Source: Nitrospinales bacterium (GTDB lineage: Bacteria > Nitrospinota > Nitrospinia > Nitrospinales > VA-1). Taken from it: a DNA stretch of 64,000 nt. Both the position numbers and the translations under genes were made by a program. Where the stretch lies: assembly GCA_965223345.1 (NCBI GenBank), contig CBDCWG010000012.1:3301286-3365285 (forward strand), written 5' to 3'. The stretch's first letter is position 1. Each line of letters begins with the position of its first letter. Below the pieces are notes generated by a model that had not been told where the DNA came from, did no database searches, and was given only the letters and a program-made list of their open reading frames with translations. Positions 29,234-40,006 of this stretch are shown here, in pieces.

Positions 29234-29302
29234 TATCGGCTGTACTCCATTCAAACATCCACCACGCAACCCGTCGCTCGGGAATCCGGAGACCTCTGAT
29301 AC

Positions 29303-30544
29303 ATGGCTGACACTGAAAGTTACATCCAATCCCTCTTCGCGCAAAGGCTGGGAGGCAATGCATTCGGCAAAGACACGAAGATCTACAAATTCGAAAAGAT
29401 AAAACGGGCCAAACGCGCGGCCCAGGCGGCGCATCCGGACAAGGAACTGTTCGACATGGGTGTCGGGGAACCGGACGAAATGGCGTTTCCCGGTGTGGTG
29501 AAGACCCTGCAACTGGAAGCGGAGAAACCGGAGAACCGCGGTTACACGGACAACGGCATTCAGGATTTCAAAGTCACGGCGGCCAAATACATGCAGGAAG
29601 TGTTCGGCGTTGAAGGACTCGATCCGGACAAGCACATCAACCACACGATCGGCTCCAAGCCGGGGCTCGCGCTCTTCCCTTCGGTGTTCATCAATCCGGG
29701 AGACATCACCCTGATGACGGTTCCGGGTTATCCGGTGATGGGCACGCACACGCAGTTTCTCGGAGGCGAGGTCGTCAACCTGCCGCTCAAAGAGGAAAAC
29801 CACTTTCTTCCGGACCTGAAAAGCATCGACGCAAAAACGTTGGAAAAAACCAAACTGCTTTACCTCAACTACCCCAACAACCCGACCGGAGCGAACGCCA
29901 CGCGCGCATTTTTCGAGGAGGTCGTCGCGTTCGCCCAGGAAAACGACATCATCGTCGTGCAGGATGCGGCCTACGCCGCGCTGACCTACGACGGCGAGCC
30001 GTTGAGCTTTCTTTCGATTCCCGGCGCGATGGATGTGGGCGTGGAATTTCACTCCCTTTCGAAAGCCTACAACATGACGGGCTGGCGTCTGGCTTTCGTG
30101 GTGGGCAACGAGCTCATCGTCAACGGGGTCGCGCACATGAAGGACAACATCGACTCCGGCCAGTTCGGCGCGATCCAGAAAGCCGGCGTGTACGCCCTCA
30201 ACAATCCGGATATCACCCGCCAGATCACGGAGAAATACCGGCGGCGGCTCACGCTGATGGTGGACACGCTCAAGTCGGTGGGATTTCAGGCGTCGATGCC
30301 GGGCGGATCGTTCTTCCTGTATGTGAGAGCGCCCAAGGGCATCGAGGGCGGGCCGGACTTTGCCACCGGCGAGGATTTCTCGCAATACCTGATCAAAGAG
30401 ATGATGATCTCCACCGTCCCCTGGGACGATGCGGGACCGTATGTCCGTTTTTCGGCGACGTTCAGTGCGAAGGAATCTTCGGACGAAACCCGGATCATGG
30501 ATGAAATCAAAAAGAGAATGTCTGCGGTCAAGTTCCGGTTCTGA
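29303..30544 (+). CDS. dapL: LL-diaminopimelate aminotransferase
   Basis: GVGEPD, IGSK, NYPNNPTG, DAAY and EFHSLSKAYNMTGWR motifs; class I PLP enzyme of the DapL subtype. Confidence 0.85.
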   Translation: MADTESYIQSLFAQRLGGNAFGKDTKIYKFEKIKRAKRAAQAAHPDKELFDMGVGEPDEMAFPGVVKTLQLEAEKPENRGYTDNGIQDFKVTAAKYMQEVFGVEGLDPDKHINHTIGSKPGLALFPSVFINPGDITLMTVPGYPVMGTHTQFLGGEVVNLPLKEENHFLPDLKSIDAKTLEKTKLLYLNYPNNPTGANATRAFFEEVVAFAQENDIIVVQDAAYAALTYDGEPLSFLSIPGAMDVGVEFHSLSKAYNMTGWRLAFVVGNELIVNGVAHMKDNIDSGQFGAIQKAGVYALNNPDITRQITEKYRRRLTLMVDTLKSVGFQASMPGGSFFLYVRAPKGIEGGPDFATGEDFSQYLIKEMMISTVPWDDAGPYVRFSATFSAKESSDETRIMDEIKKRMSAVKFRF

Positions 30545-30582
30545 CTCCCTGTGAGGACCGGCAACGCGGAGTACGGCAGGCC

Positions 30583-31077
30583 ATGCAGCACACCGCCTAC
30601 ATTGGAATCGGCTCCAACCTGGGTTTGCCCGGTGAAAACTGCAAGCAGGCGATCGAGCATCTGAACGGCCATCCCGACATCGAGGTGATCCGCTGTTCGG
30701 CGTTTTACGAATCGGAGCCGGTGGGGGTGCCCGATCAGGCGTGGTTTGTGAACACGGCGGTGAAAGTGCGGACCTCGCTCGATCCGGGTCCGCTGCTGCT
30801 GGAACTGCTGGCGATCGAGAACGAGATGGGCCGCGTGCGGCTGGAAAAATGGGGGCCGCGCATCATCGACCTGGATCTGCTTCTGTATGAAGACCGCGTG
30901 TTGCAGTCCCCGGAGCTGACGATCCCGCATCCGGAAATGGCGCACCGCGGGTTCGTGCTTCTGCCGCTTTGCGATCTGGATCCGGATTTCATCCATCCGG
31001 TCGCAAAGCAATCGCTGGAAACGCTGCTGGCCGGGCTTCCCGACGATCCGACCGTGCGCCGGCTATCCTCCCCCTGA
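30583..31077 (+). CDS. folK: 2-amino-4-hydroxy-6-hydroxymethyldihydropteridine diphosphokinase
   Basis: AYIGIGSNLG, WGPRIIDLDLL and IPHP...R.FVL.PL motifs. Confidence 0.96.
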   Translation: MQHTAYIGIGSNLGLPGENCKQAIEHLNGHPDIEVIRCSAFYESEPVGVPDQAWFVNTAVKVRTSLDPGPLLLELLAIENEMGRVRLEKWGPRIIDLDLLLYEDRVLQSPELTIPHPEMAHRGFVLLPLCDLDPDFIHPVAKQSLETLLAGLPDDPTVRRLSSP

Positions 31078-32259
31078 CGCATTCAGATCCACGACCTCGG
31101 TTTCCGCAATCGCCTTTTCCATCAGATCGGCCCAGGGAAAGCTGGATTCGTCCCTCGCCAGAAATTTCTCACGGCTTTTGGTCACCGGGCGGTCGGGCAT
31201 GAACACGGAACAGCAATCGGGCTGCGGTTCGATGCTGGTCTCATACGTGCCGATTTTTCGGGCGCGGCTGATGATCTCCTGCTTTTCCATGCCGATGAGC
31301 GGGCGGAACACGCTCATGGGCACGACCGACGACACCGCGGCGAGGTTTTCCAGCGTCTGCGACGCCACCTGCCCCAAAGACTCGCCGGTGACGAGCGCCA
31401 GGCAGTGGTTTTGTTCCGCCACGGCGCGGGCGATGCGGTACATCATCCGGCGGTACAGCACAACGCGGTTGGCGGGAGTGCAGGCGTCGCGGATGGCGAC
31501 CTGCATGTCCTGAAACGGCACGACGTGCAACCGGCTTCTCTGCTGGTAGCCGTTGAGGATGCGCGCCAGCTTGACGACCTTGTCGTGGCCGCCGCGCCCG
31601 AGGAAGGTGCGGTTGTCGAAGAAAATGAAGTTCACGCGGCAGCCGCGCGCCATCATGAGAAACGAAGCGACCGGGCTGTCGATTCCGCCTGAGAGCAGGC
31701 TCAGCACTTCGCCGGAACTGCCGACCGGAAGACCGGGGATGCCCACCACGCGGTGATCGAACAGGATGGTCTCTTCCCGCCCCAGCTCGATCTCGATCAC
31801 CAGATCGGCGCGGGTGATATCCACGGTCAGTCCCTTTTCCGCCAGCGCGCGCATGATGCGGGACCCTACCTCGTAGTTGATCTCGGGAGATTTCAACGGA
31901 TACGCCTTGTCGCGCCGGTGCGTCTGCACGCAAAAGCGCAGCTCCCGCTTGTCCGCAAGGTGCGGCTCGACCAAGCGGATACCGCACTCGGCCAGGACCT
32001 CGATGTCGGGCTGCACGGGAATGCCGATGCTGAACGAGGAAATGCCGGGAACCTTGCGCAGGCGGCGGCTGAACTCCTCGGCCTGACTCGCGTGCGCATC
32101 GATCAGGATGCGGCCGCGCGGCGTGCGGTAACGCAGCCCCTCCAATCCGGTTAAAGCGGCTTTGATGTTGTTGAGCAGGGTGGTCTCGAAAAACTTTCTG
32201 TTTTTTCCTTTGAGAGCGATCTCATCGTAGCGGACGATCCCGATCCGTTCTTGCGTCAT
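31063..32259 (-). CDS. thiI: tRNA 4-thiouridine(8) synthase (short form, no rhodanese domain)
   Basis: RY.EIALKGKNR, THUMP region, PP-loop SGGIDSPV, GESLGQVASQT, RPLIG and DCC. Confidence 0.94.
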   Translation of the reverse strand: MTQERIGIVRYDEIALKGKNRKFFETTLLNNIKAALTGLEGLRYRTPRGRILIDAHASQAEEFSRRLRKVPGISSFSIGIPVQPDIEVLAECGIRLVEPHLADKRELRFCVQTHRRDKAYPLKSPEINYEVGSRIMRALAEKGLTVDITRADLVIEIELGREETILFDHRVVGIPGLPVGSSGEVLSLLSGGIDSPVASFLMMARGCRVNFIFFDNRTFLGRGGHDKVVKLARILNGYQQRSRLHVVPFQDMQVAIRDACTPANRVVLYRRMMYRIARAVAEQNHCLALVTGESLGQVASQTLENLAAVSSVVPMSVFRPLIGMEKQEIISRARKIGTYETSIEPQPDCCSVFMPDRPVTKSREKFLARDESSFPWADLMEKAIAETEVVDLNASGGG

Positions 32260-33446
32260 TTTCTAGCCGTGTTTTTAAAAAACGTGGGGTGGAGCGACCG
32301 GTAGGCGTTGGCAAATTCCTCGAGAAACCGCTCGACGTGATCCGGCGTGTTTTCGGGACCGAAGGAAACCCGCAGGCTGCACCGCGCCTCCTCTTCCGTT
32401 CTACCAAGACCGGTCAGAATTTTTGAAGGCTCTTTGGAATGCGCGCTGCACGCGCTGCCCAACCCGACATAGATTTCCTTTTCTTCCAGATGATGCAGCA
32501 GCACCTCCCCTTCCACCGGGGGAAAGCTGAAGTTCACGATCGCCGGAGACTGCCGGGCCGCATCGTCCACGGGCAGCGAATTGAATTTGAGGTTCAGGTT
32601 TGCGGTGCGGCCTTCGAGATCTTTCAATCCTTCGATCAGAAGGCGGCTCAAATCCCGGTAGCGCTGCTGATGGACCGCCTGCGCATCGCGGGCGAGGCGG
32701 ACGCTTTCCGCAAGCCCCACGATCAATGGAAGCGGCAGGGTTCCGGAGCGGACGCCGGCCTGCTGCTTGCCGCCGTGGATCTGCGGCGTCAGGGACAACC
32801 TGGAATCGTACGCCAAAATCCCGATGCCCTTGGGCCCCTGGATCTTGTGGGCGGAAACCGAATAGCCGGAAACCCCTTTCCAGGTGTTTTCGGACAAAGG
32901 CAGTTTGCCCACCGCCTGCACGCCATCCAGAAACAGCCGGGTCTGCGGCGCCTGCGCTGCGAGGGCCTCCGCCAGCGGACCGGGTGCGTTGACGGTCCCC
33001 AGTTCGTTGTTGACGTGCGAGAGACACAACAGCCGCACGCGGTTTTCCTTGAGAGCGGGCACGGCGCTGAGATCGAGCCGTCCCTCCTTCTGGTGGTTCA
33101 GCAAAATCAGGGGAGGATTGCCGAACGCCTTGAGGGATTGCAAGGACTGCGTGACGCTGGGATGCTCCAGGCCGAGGCACGCCGCCTTCTTGTCGGGAGC
33201 GCAGAGCCCCTTGATGAACAGATTGTTCGATTCGCTGCCGCCGCTGGTGAACACCAGCCGGTGCGTGGCGGGCAGTTGCAGATCCCGGGCGATCTGCTCG
33301 GCGGCGTTTTCGATTCTGCGCTTGGCGTCGAGCCCGATCCGATAGACAGCGCCCGAGTTGGCGAATTCCTCCCGCATGGCTCTCTGCACCGTTTCGATCA
33401 CCTTCGGGTGCATGGGGGTGGTGGCGGCGTGATCCAGATATATCAT
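32256..33446 (-). CDS. Cysteine desulfurase (IscS/NifZ-like)
   Basis: YLDHAATT, FTSGGSESNN, VNNELG, SAHK..GPKG.G, RSGT and GSACS motifs. Confidence 0.93.
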   Translation of the reverse strand: MIYLDHAATTPMHPKVIETVQRAMREEFANSGAVYRIGLDAKRRIENAAEQIARDLQLPATHRLVFTSGGSESNNLFIKGLCAPDKKAACLGLEHPSVTQSLQSLKAFGNPPLILLNHQKEGRLDLSAVPALKENRVRLLCLSHVNNELGTVNAPGPLAEALAAQAPQTRLFLDGVQAVGKLPLSENTWKGVSGYSVSAHKIQGPKGIGILAYDSRLSLTPQIHGGKQQAGVRSGTLPLPLIVGLAESVRLARDAQAVHQQRYRDLSRLLIEGLKDLEGRTANLNLKFNSLPVDDAARQSPAIVNFSFPPVEGEVLLHHLEEKEIYVGLGSACSAHSKEPSKILTGLGRTEEEARCSLRVSFGPENTPDHVERFLEEFANAYRSLHPTFFKNTARK

Positions 33447-33447
33447 T

Positions 33448-34017
33448 TCAACGCTTCCGGTTCTGCGGTTGGTAAGGCGGCATGAGGTCCTGATCCATTC
33501 CCAATTGATCGAGAATCCGCGCCACCACGAAATCCACCAGGTCTTCCACCGTGTTCTGCCCCTGGTAAAACCCCGGCGAGGCGGGCAGGATCAACGCGCC
33601 GGCCTGATCGAGCGTGAGCAGGTTTTTCAGATGGATGGTGCTGAACGGGGTTTCCCTGGGGACGACGATCAGTTTGCGTTTCTCTTTCAGAGTGACGTCG
33701 GCGGCCCGTTCGATCAACGATTCGGAAACCCCCGCGGCGATGCGGCCGAGCGTCCCCATGCTCGCCGGGACGATCACCATGCCGTCGATCGCATACGAGC
33801 CGCTGGCGATCGAGGTGTTGATGCGGGAGTTTTTGTGGACCTCGACGTGTTCCTTTTCAAAGTACGCCGTTTTGAGATCCAGTTCCAGGCTCCACAGTTC
33901 CTGGCCGCGCTCGGAAAGGATCACATGGATTTCCGCTTTCGATTGCAGGCAGTCGAACAACCGCTTGGCGTAGCAGGCGCCGCTCGCTCCGGTGATGGCA
34001 AGGATGAATCGTTTCAT
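33448..34017 (-). CDS. ubiX: Flavin prenyltransferase
   Basis: ITGASG, ASGS, RAADVTLKE.R.L, RETP and PASPGFY motifs. Confidence 0.95.
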   Translation of the reverse strand: MKRFILAITGASGACYAKRLFDCLQSKAEIHVILSERGQELWSLELDLKTAYFEKEHVEVHKNSRINTSIASGSYAIDGMVIVPASMGTLGRIAAGVSESLIERAADVTLKEKRKLIVVPRETPFSTIHLKNLLTLDQAGALILPASPGFYQGQNTVEDLVDFVVARILDQLGMDQDLMPPYQPQNRKR

Positions 34018-34020
34018 GCG

Positions 34021-34635
34021 TCACCCCAGAGCCGGAATCAGCGCGTGCGTTTCGCGCACCAGGTTGGCGTGGACGTCCTCCAGGGCGGGTTCGCTGTCGA
34101 TCCTGTGGATCACAGGATCGGAGAAGCCATCGAACAGGCGTTGCACTTTTTTCAGATACTCCATTTTTTCAAATGCCGATTTGCCGTCGCGGGATTCCTC
34201 GATGCGCTTGAGGCATTTTTCCGGCGAAGCGATGAACAGAAACACCCGGTCCGGTTTGGGCGCGAAGGTTTCGTTTTCCGCAATGATCGCTTGCGGGTCC
34301 AGCCCCAGAGCGCCCTGGTAGGCGGCGGTGGAAAAATAATAGCGGTCGAGCAAAACGATCCTGTTCTGCCGCAGCGCCGGCAGGATGTTCGTCTCCACAT
34401 CCTCTTTGCGGTCCGCGATGAACCAGCTCAACTCCTCTTCGGGAGGAGTGCCGCCCCTGCCCTGTTCTAACAGCGCGCGGATCTTCCGGCCCCACGGGCC
34501 GTACGTCGGCTCGTACAGGCGCAAGACCGGGACGCCGCGGCCGTTCAGGTAATCCTCCAGCATGCCGCACTGGGTGCTTTTGCCGGTGCCGTCGATCCCT
34601 TCAAATACGATCAAATACCCGCGGTCGAGCTTCAA
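34021..34635 (-). CDS. tmk: Thymidylate kinase
   Basis: FEGIDGTGKSTQ, EP, ADR and DRYYFSTAAYQG motifs. Confidence 0.93.
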   Translation of the reverse strand: MKLDRGYLIVFEGIDGTGKSTQCGMLEDYLNGRGVPVLRLYEPTYGPWGRKIRALLEQGRGGTPPEEELSWFIADRKEDVETNILPALRQNRIVLLDRYYFSTAAYQGALGLDPQAIIAENETFAPKPDRVFLFIASPEKCLKRIEESRDGKSAFEKMEYLKKVQRLFDGFSDPVIHRIDSEPALEDVHANLVRETHALIPALG

Positions 34636-34786
34636 GCTGGCTGGGCCCCTTTCGTTGCTGTTTGTGAAATCGACTAAACAGTGTATGCGATTATCGCGGG
34701 GGAAACAACCGCTTTTGATTCAAGCAATTGCTTGAGTTATCGAGGGTTATTCCTTCAAGGAAAAAGCGGAATGGATTGAATGGAAG

Positions 34787-34820
34787 AAAAAAAACCGCCT
34801 GCCCTTTGCAAGGCAGGCGG
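34787..34820 (-). terminator. Intrinsic terminator after the chemoreceptor gene
   Basis: On the minus strand, CCGCCTGCC-loop-GGCAGGCGG followed by T8. Confidence 0.8.
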
Positions 34821-34870
34821 CCAGTGAAGGGGAATCCCTTCGAGCTAAGTTCTGGTTGCCATCGAACTTA

Positions 34871-37321
34871 TCAGTATTGAAACTTGCCGACCAGTTTCTG
34901 CAGGTCGGAAGCCATGCGCGACAATTCGTTCGCCGCTTCCTGGGTCTGACCCACGCCGCTGGACGTGTCCTGGGCGGCCTGGGCGACTCCGGAAATGTTC
35001 TGCGAAATCTCCGCGCTGCCCTTGGCGGTTTCACCGACGTTGCGACCGATCTCCGCCGTGGTCGCGGTCTGTTCTTCCACCGCGCTGGCGATCGTGTTGG
35101 AGATGTCGTTGATCTGATTGATGATCATGGTGATTTCACCGATCGCATCGACCGAGCTGCGCGTGTCTTCCTGGATCGCTTCGATCTTCTGGCTGATGTC
35201 CTCGGTGGCCTTCGCGGTCTGGTTGGCCAGCTCTTTCACCTCGTTGGCGACGACGGCGAAGCCTTTGCCCGCCTCACCGGCGCGCGCCGCCTCGATGGTT
35301 GCGTTCAGCGCCAGCAGGTTGGTCTGTTCCGCGATGGAAGTGATGACCTTGATGACCTGACCGATCTCCGCAGAACTGTCGCCCAACTTCGAAACGGTGG
35401 CGTTGGTCTTCTCCGCCATATCGACCGCCGATTTGGCGACCTTCGCCGCTTCGGTGGAGTTCTGCGCGATCTCCTTGATGCTCGCGCTCATCTCCTCGGC
35501 GCCGGTGGCGGCGGTCTGCACGTTGCGGCTGATCTCCTCGGAAGCCGCGGAGACGACGTTCGCCTGGGCGGAGGTTTCCTCGGCATTGCCGGCCATGGTC
35601 TGGCTGACCGAGGTCAACTCTTCAGCGGAGCTGCTCAGGGTCTGAGCGGTGCCGGCGATGTTGGACACGCTCTGCCGCAGGTCCGTGAAGAACTTCGCCA
35701 GCCCTTCTCCCATCTTGCCGATGGCGTCATCGCCTTTCACGGTGATCTGCTGAGTCAGATCGCCCCGGGCCGCCGCATCGACGACGCCGAGCATGCTGTC
35801 CACTTTCTCCTGCAGCTCACGCGCCTGCCGTTGATCGCGTTCGGCCATTTCACGGGTTTTCCGCTCGTTCTCTACTTTTTCGGTGACGATCTCCCAAGTC
35901 ACCATCGGCCCCAGGTAGTTTTTGTCTTTATCGTAGAGACCCGTTACGACCATGTCGATGGTCTCCGGACCCATTTGAAACTGTTCCTGGTGTGGAAGCT
36001 TCTCATATTTGGAGATGATGTTGCGCAAATGCGCCGGGTCGCTGTGGAAATTTTCCAACGGCTCGCCGATCACGTTGCCTGCGGAAACTTTCAGATGCTT
36101 TTGCATCTGCTGCAGCACCTTATCCCCGGCCGGGTTGATGTAGCTGACCTTGAGGTCTTTGCCCGCATACATCATCATGCCGGGATTGTTTTCCACCATG
36201 CCGGCGATTCGGGCCATTTGCGTTTCCGCGTGCAGTTTTTCGGTGACGATCTCCCAGGCGACCATGGGACCGAGGTAGTCGTGGTTCTGGTCGTAAACCG
36301 GGCTGACGACCAGTTCCACTTTTTCCGGCCCCACATCGATGAAGGTGTTCACCGGCAGGTTTTTCGGATCGGACACGATCTTTCTTTGGCGGTCCGGAAC
36401 TTTATGGAAGATGTCGATCGACTGCCCGATTACATTGTTGGCGCCTACGGGCAGGTATTTTTCCAGCTTCTTGAGGATCTTCTCCGATTCGGCGTTCATA
36501 TACTGGATTTTAAAATCCGTGTCGGCAAAAATGGTTCCCTGCGGGGTGTTCTCCATCATGGACACGATTTTCGCGGTTTCGGTTTCGGACTGTTTCACCG
36601 ACCGCATGACGAACCAGATGCCGACCACCAGGGCCACGACCAGAATCACCGCGAAGCCGGTGATCCAGATGACATTGTTCAGCATCGATCCGTTGGCCGC
36701 AAGCTGGACATCGATGGGGGCGATGACTTCCAGAACGCCGCGCACGTCGTTCAGTTTCCAGTTGTTTTTCGGCGTGTCCGCGCGCGTGTTGTGACAGTTC
36801 ACACAGGCTTCGGCCACCATCCTGTCGGCCATGGCCACACGCACCATTTCCTGGTTGCCCATTTTTTCCTTGCGGATGAACGGTTCATTGGGGTTCTTGT
36901 CGAAAAACGCCAGGGCGTCCTTGGCGTACTGGTCCAGCACCCGATCCTGCCGGTTGGGGAAAGGATACGGGCTGTACAGCCGCAGCTTGACCGCATCGTC
37001 GCCTTTTTTGCTCAACAGTTCGCTCATGTCGTGGATCACGGTTGCGGGCAGGGGAATGGCATTGCCCATCGTCTTGTGATCGTAGGTGATCTTGAGATCC
37101 GTGTTGGCTTTGACCTTCTTGACGACGCTCTTCACGTAATAGCCGCGCAGGGTCTTGTACTGATCGATGATCGACAGCGCGTTGAGCTTGCTGGACTCGA
37201 TGGTGTTGTTCAAGCTTGATTTGGAAATGTAGACGATCAGACCGGCGATACACAGAACCAGAACCGCCACCACGGAAAACATGATCTTTTCCATGTGCTT
37301 TTTAAAAATTTCTTCTTTCAT
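34871..37321 (-). CDS. Methyl-accepting chemotaxis protein with a periplasmic c-heme (DUF3365/Tll0287-like) domain and two PAS domains
   Basis: TM1, CVNCH, W..NDVRG, TM2, two PAS repeats, HAMP, and the signalling hairpin [30 protein letters not shown]. Confidence 0.93.
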   Translation of the reverse strand: MKEEIFKKHMEKIMFSVVAVLVLCIAGLIVYISKSSLNNTIESSKLNALSIIDQYKTLRGYYVKSVVKKVKANTDLKITYDHKTMGNAIPLPATVIHDMSELLSKKGDDAVKLRLYSPYPFPNRQDRVLDQYAKDALAFFDKNPNEPFIRKEKMGNQEMVRVAMADRMVAEACVNCHNTRADTPKNNWKLNDVRGVLEVIAPIDVQLAANGSMLNNVIWITGFAVILVVALVVGIWFVMRSVKQSETETAKIVSMMENTPQGTIFADTDFKIQYMNAESEKILKKLEKYLPVGANNVIGQSIDIFHKVPDRQRKIVSDPKNLPVNTFIDVGPEKVELVVSPVYDQNHDYLGPMVAWEIVTEKLHAETQMARIAGMVENNPGMMMYAGKDLKVSYINPAGDKVLQQMQKHLKVSAGNVIGEPLENFHSDPAHLRNIISKYEKLPHQEQFQMGPETIDMVVTGLYDKDKNYLGPMVTWEIVTEKVENERKTREMAERDQRQARELQEKVDSMLGVVDAAARGDLTQQITVKGDDAIGKMGEGLAKFFTDLRQSVSNIAGTAQTLSSSAEELTSVSQTMAGNAEETSAQANVVSAASEEISRNVQTAATGAEEMSASIKEIAQNSTEAAKVAKSAVDMAEKTNATVSKLGDSSAEIGQVIKVITSIAEQTNLLALNATIEAARAGEAGKGFAVVANEVKELANQTAKATEDISQKIEAIQEDTRSSVDAIGEITMIINQINDISNTIASAVEEQTATTAEIGRNVGETAKGSAEISQNISGVAQAAQDTSSGVGQTQEAANELSRMASDLQKLVGKFQY

Positions 37322-37794
37322 CGGATCCCCCCAATGATTTGTTTTTTATGGAACCTGTTTATATTGAATCTTGAAAAAGATGGATGGGCACGCTTTGTTT
37401 CGGTGGAAAGAATCGGGATGGCGAATGGACTGTCTTATTCACTGTCACGCTTGCCTGCTATCCTCTTATTACTCGCCGATGACATAAACGACACGATTGT
37501 CAGAATTCACCTACATCATTATTATAGATAATAAATGTAAATCTAACAATCATTATCTTTGTTTTTTATGGGATTATGAGAATTCAACTGCATTTTTTTT
37601 GCATCACCCTGCCACCGCACGCCATCACAACGGTTCCGGCCCCGCAGTTGCATCACCTGGGAAATTGTTTAATAATTGATCTTTTTCACGCAGGGTTCCT
37701 GGCTTCACACGGCGGGCTCCATGTTCAAGAGGTGCCCTATCGGGGTCCGGAAATCGGTGACACAACAAGACTCCCGGAATCGGATGAAATAAAT

Positions 37795-38328
37795 ATGAAA
37801 CGATTTTTCAAAAACTTTGGCTGGGTTTGCCTGGGGATATTCCTGCAGTTCAAGTTCAATATCCTGTACGGCATCGTGTTTCTTGAAAATCTCAACTTCC
37901 ACGACCGCACCTATTATGTGGAGATGAAGCTGGATAAAAAGAACTCGGACCTTCGGATTTTGAACGTGGGGACCACCGTGCACCATTCGCTGGGTTCCGA
38001 TTACTTCGCAAACGTCTATATTCCAGACCGTTATCAGGTGCTCAATCAGAAACCCTATCAGGGCACCGAGGTGATGCCCGGCTACCTCGCCTACAAGATG
38101 CCGATGAAACGCAAGTACCGCGACGTTCTGGCCACCGCCGATTTCATCATTGCGCCGGCGACGAAAGAGGAGGAGGTGTCCCCGACGCCCATCGTGGTTC
38201 ACTTTGAGAACCTGAAGCAGCGCCTGCACACCGATAAAAGCTACGTCCTTTCCCTGAAAGACCGGCAGATCCAGTTGGAAGGGCCTGAAATCGCCGAAAA
38301 AACCTACCCGCAAAAATGGGGGATGTGA
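37795..38328 (+). CDS. Hypothetical protein
   Basis: Coding-like ORF with a hydrophobic N-terminus; no motif recognised. Confidence 0.65.
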   Translation: MKRFFKNFGWVCLGIFLQFKFNILYGIVFLENLNFHDRTYYVEMKLDKKNSDLRILNVGTTVHHSLGSDYFANVYIPDRYQVLNQKPYQGTEVMPGYLAYKMPMKRKYRDVLATADFIIAPATKEEEVSPTPIVVHFENLKQRLHTDKSYVLSLKDRQIQLEGPEIAEKTYPQKWGM

Positions 38329-38356
38329 CGGGTCGAAATGCGATACGATAGAGAGT

Positions 38357-39205
38357 ATGGGAACGCGCACGCAAGAGTTTAAAGACTACTACCGGATCCT
38401 GAAAATTTCCGAGGACGCGCAGGATGTGGAGATCAAAAAATCCTACCGCAAACTGGCGCTGGAAAACCATCCCGACCACCACCCCGACGATCCGGAAAGC
38501 GAGAACCGCTTCAAGGAGATCACCGAGGCGTACGGGGTACTGATCGACCCAGGCAAACGCCGCCAGTACGACCGCTTCCGCAGGGCCTACCAGTCCGGCC
38601 GCGCGACCGGCTCGGACCAGTTCCATTACTCGCAGCAGGATATCTTCGAAAGCATTTTTCGCGACGGATTCTCAAAGGAGATGTTCGAGGAATTGAACCG
38701 CGAATTCACCCGTTCGGGAATGCGCTCGGGCAATCCGTTTTTCGCCGCCGTTCTGTTCGGCGGCGCGCTGGGCGGCCTGGGCAGAATCCTGGGGATGATT
38801 CCCGGCCCCGTCGGCAAGATCGGCTACGGGCTCAAGATCGCGCAGATGGTGGGCTCCTCGATCCTGGCCTACAACCGCATGCGCAAAGCTCAGAATCCGG
38901 AGGCGGGAAACGAAAACGGTGCGTCGCAACGCCCCATCCAGGACCTGTTCGCCAAAGCGGTCGGCACGGGCAATCCTCTGGATCTGAATTTTTCCATCAC
39001 GGTGCCCGCGGCCGAAGCGCTGGCGGGCTCGCGCAAGAAGATCTCGTACAAGGCCGGGGCGGAAAGCGAACAGCTGGTGGTCCGCATCCCGCCCCAGTTT
39101 CCGGACGGCGGCAAGCTGAGAATCCAGGGCAAAGGGTATGAAAGACAAGGCGAGCGCGGGGACCTCATCCTGACCGTGAAGGTCGAGGCTCTGGAAAAGA
39201 ACTGA
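38357..39205 (+). CDS. J-domain (DnaJ/CbpA-like) protein
   Basis: [27 protein letters not shown]-terminal LRI.GKG....GDL. Confidence 0.9.
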   Translation: MGTRTQEFKDYYRILKISEDAQDVEIKKSYRKLALENHPDHHPDDPESENRFKEITEAYGVLIDPGKRRQYDRFRRAYQSGRATGSDQFHYSQQDIFESIFRDGFSKEMFEELNREFTRSGMRSGNPFFAAVLFGGALGGLGRILGMIPGPVGKIGYGLKIAQMVGSSILAYNRMRKAQNPEAGNENGASQRPIQDLFAKAVGTGNPLDLNFSITVPAAEALAGSRKKISYKAGAESEQLVVRIPPQFPDGGKLRIQGKGYERQGERGDLILTVKVEALEKN

Positions 39206-39283
39206 CTGCGTGCGGTTCCCGCCATCCCCCCGCCACCCCAACCTTCCCGCACCCGCAAATCTTAGCGACAGGAGAGTTGCATC

Positions 39284-39889
39284 ATGAAAGTTTGCAATTT
39301 CATAAAACAGGGCTTATTCGCATTCTTGTTCTGCGCGATCGCGGCGTCACCGGCGGCCGGTGAAGAGATGGACGCCAAGATGAAAGAAATGATGGCCCAA
39401 TGGCAGGCCTACGCCACGCCCAACGCCAATCACAAGGTGCTCGATGCGCTGGTCGGGAAATGGACACATTCGGGAAAATGGTGGATGGATCCGAACGGCC
39501 CTCCGGAAACCTTCGCGGGCACCAGTGAGATTCAGTGGATCATGGGCGGGCGGTTTTTGCAGCACACCGTTCACGGGCCCGGCGATAAAGGACACCCCCC
39601 CTTTGAAGGCTTGGGGTTCACCGGTTACGACAACGGGAGTGAAAAGTATCAAACCTTCTGGATCGACAATATGGGCACCGGGATGATGCGCGGTGAAGGG
39701 ACTTACGACGCCTCGAAGAAAGAGCTGAACGAGCGGGGCCGCTACAGCAATCACGTCGTTGGATCGAGCGACTACCGCGGCGTGATCCGCTTCATCGATG
39801 ACGCCCACTACAAGTATGAATTCTACGCGAAGGATCCAAACGGAAACGAATTCCTTTCCATGACGATCGATTACACGCGCAAAAAATGA
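39284..39889 (+). CDS. DUF1579-like exported protein
   Basis: Signal peptide; P...H..L..LVG.W, GGRFL, FEGLG..GYDN and WIDNMGT motifs. Confidence 0.8.
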   Translation: MKVCNFIKQGLFAFLFCAIAASPAAGEEMDAKMKEMMAQWQAYATPNANHKVLDALVGKWTHSGKWWMDPNGPPETFAGTSEIQWIMGGRFLQHTVHGPGDKGHPPFEGLGFTGYDNGSEKYQTFWIDNMGTGMMRGEGTYDASKKELNERGRYSNHVVGSSDYRGVIRFIDDAHYKYEFYAKDPNGNEFLSMTIDYTRKK

Positions 39890-40006
39890 ACCACCGACCC
39901 CCTTCTTCGAACCGGCAAGGAGGCGCTGCCCCGTTCCCGCCTCTTATAAAATGATTGAAGCGGGGAACCCGCGGGTTTCCCGCTTTTTATCCCCTGCCCT
40001 TCCTGA

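Noticed and set aside
34856..37219. 787 aa plus-strand ORF opposite the chemoreceptor
   Set aside because: Antisense shadow of a GC3-biased gene with no motifs. The same applies to long antisense ORFs at 15016-16530, 56211-57686 and 59545-62169.
37525..37590. Fur-box-like sequence (…AATCATTATC) in the chemoreceptor promoter region
   Set aside because: Only 13/19 match to the E. coli consensus within very AT-rich DNA; not distinguishable from chance.
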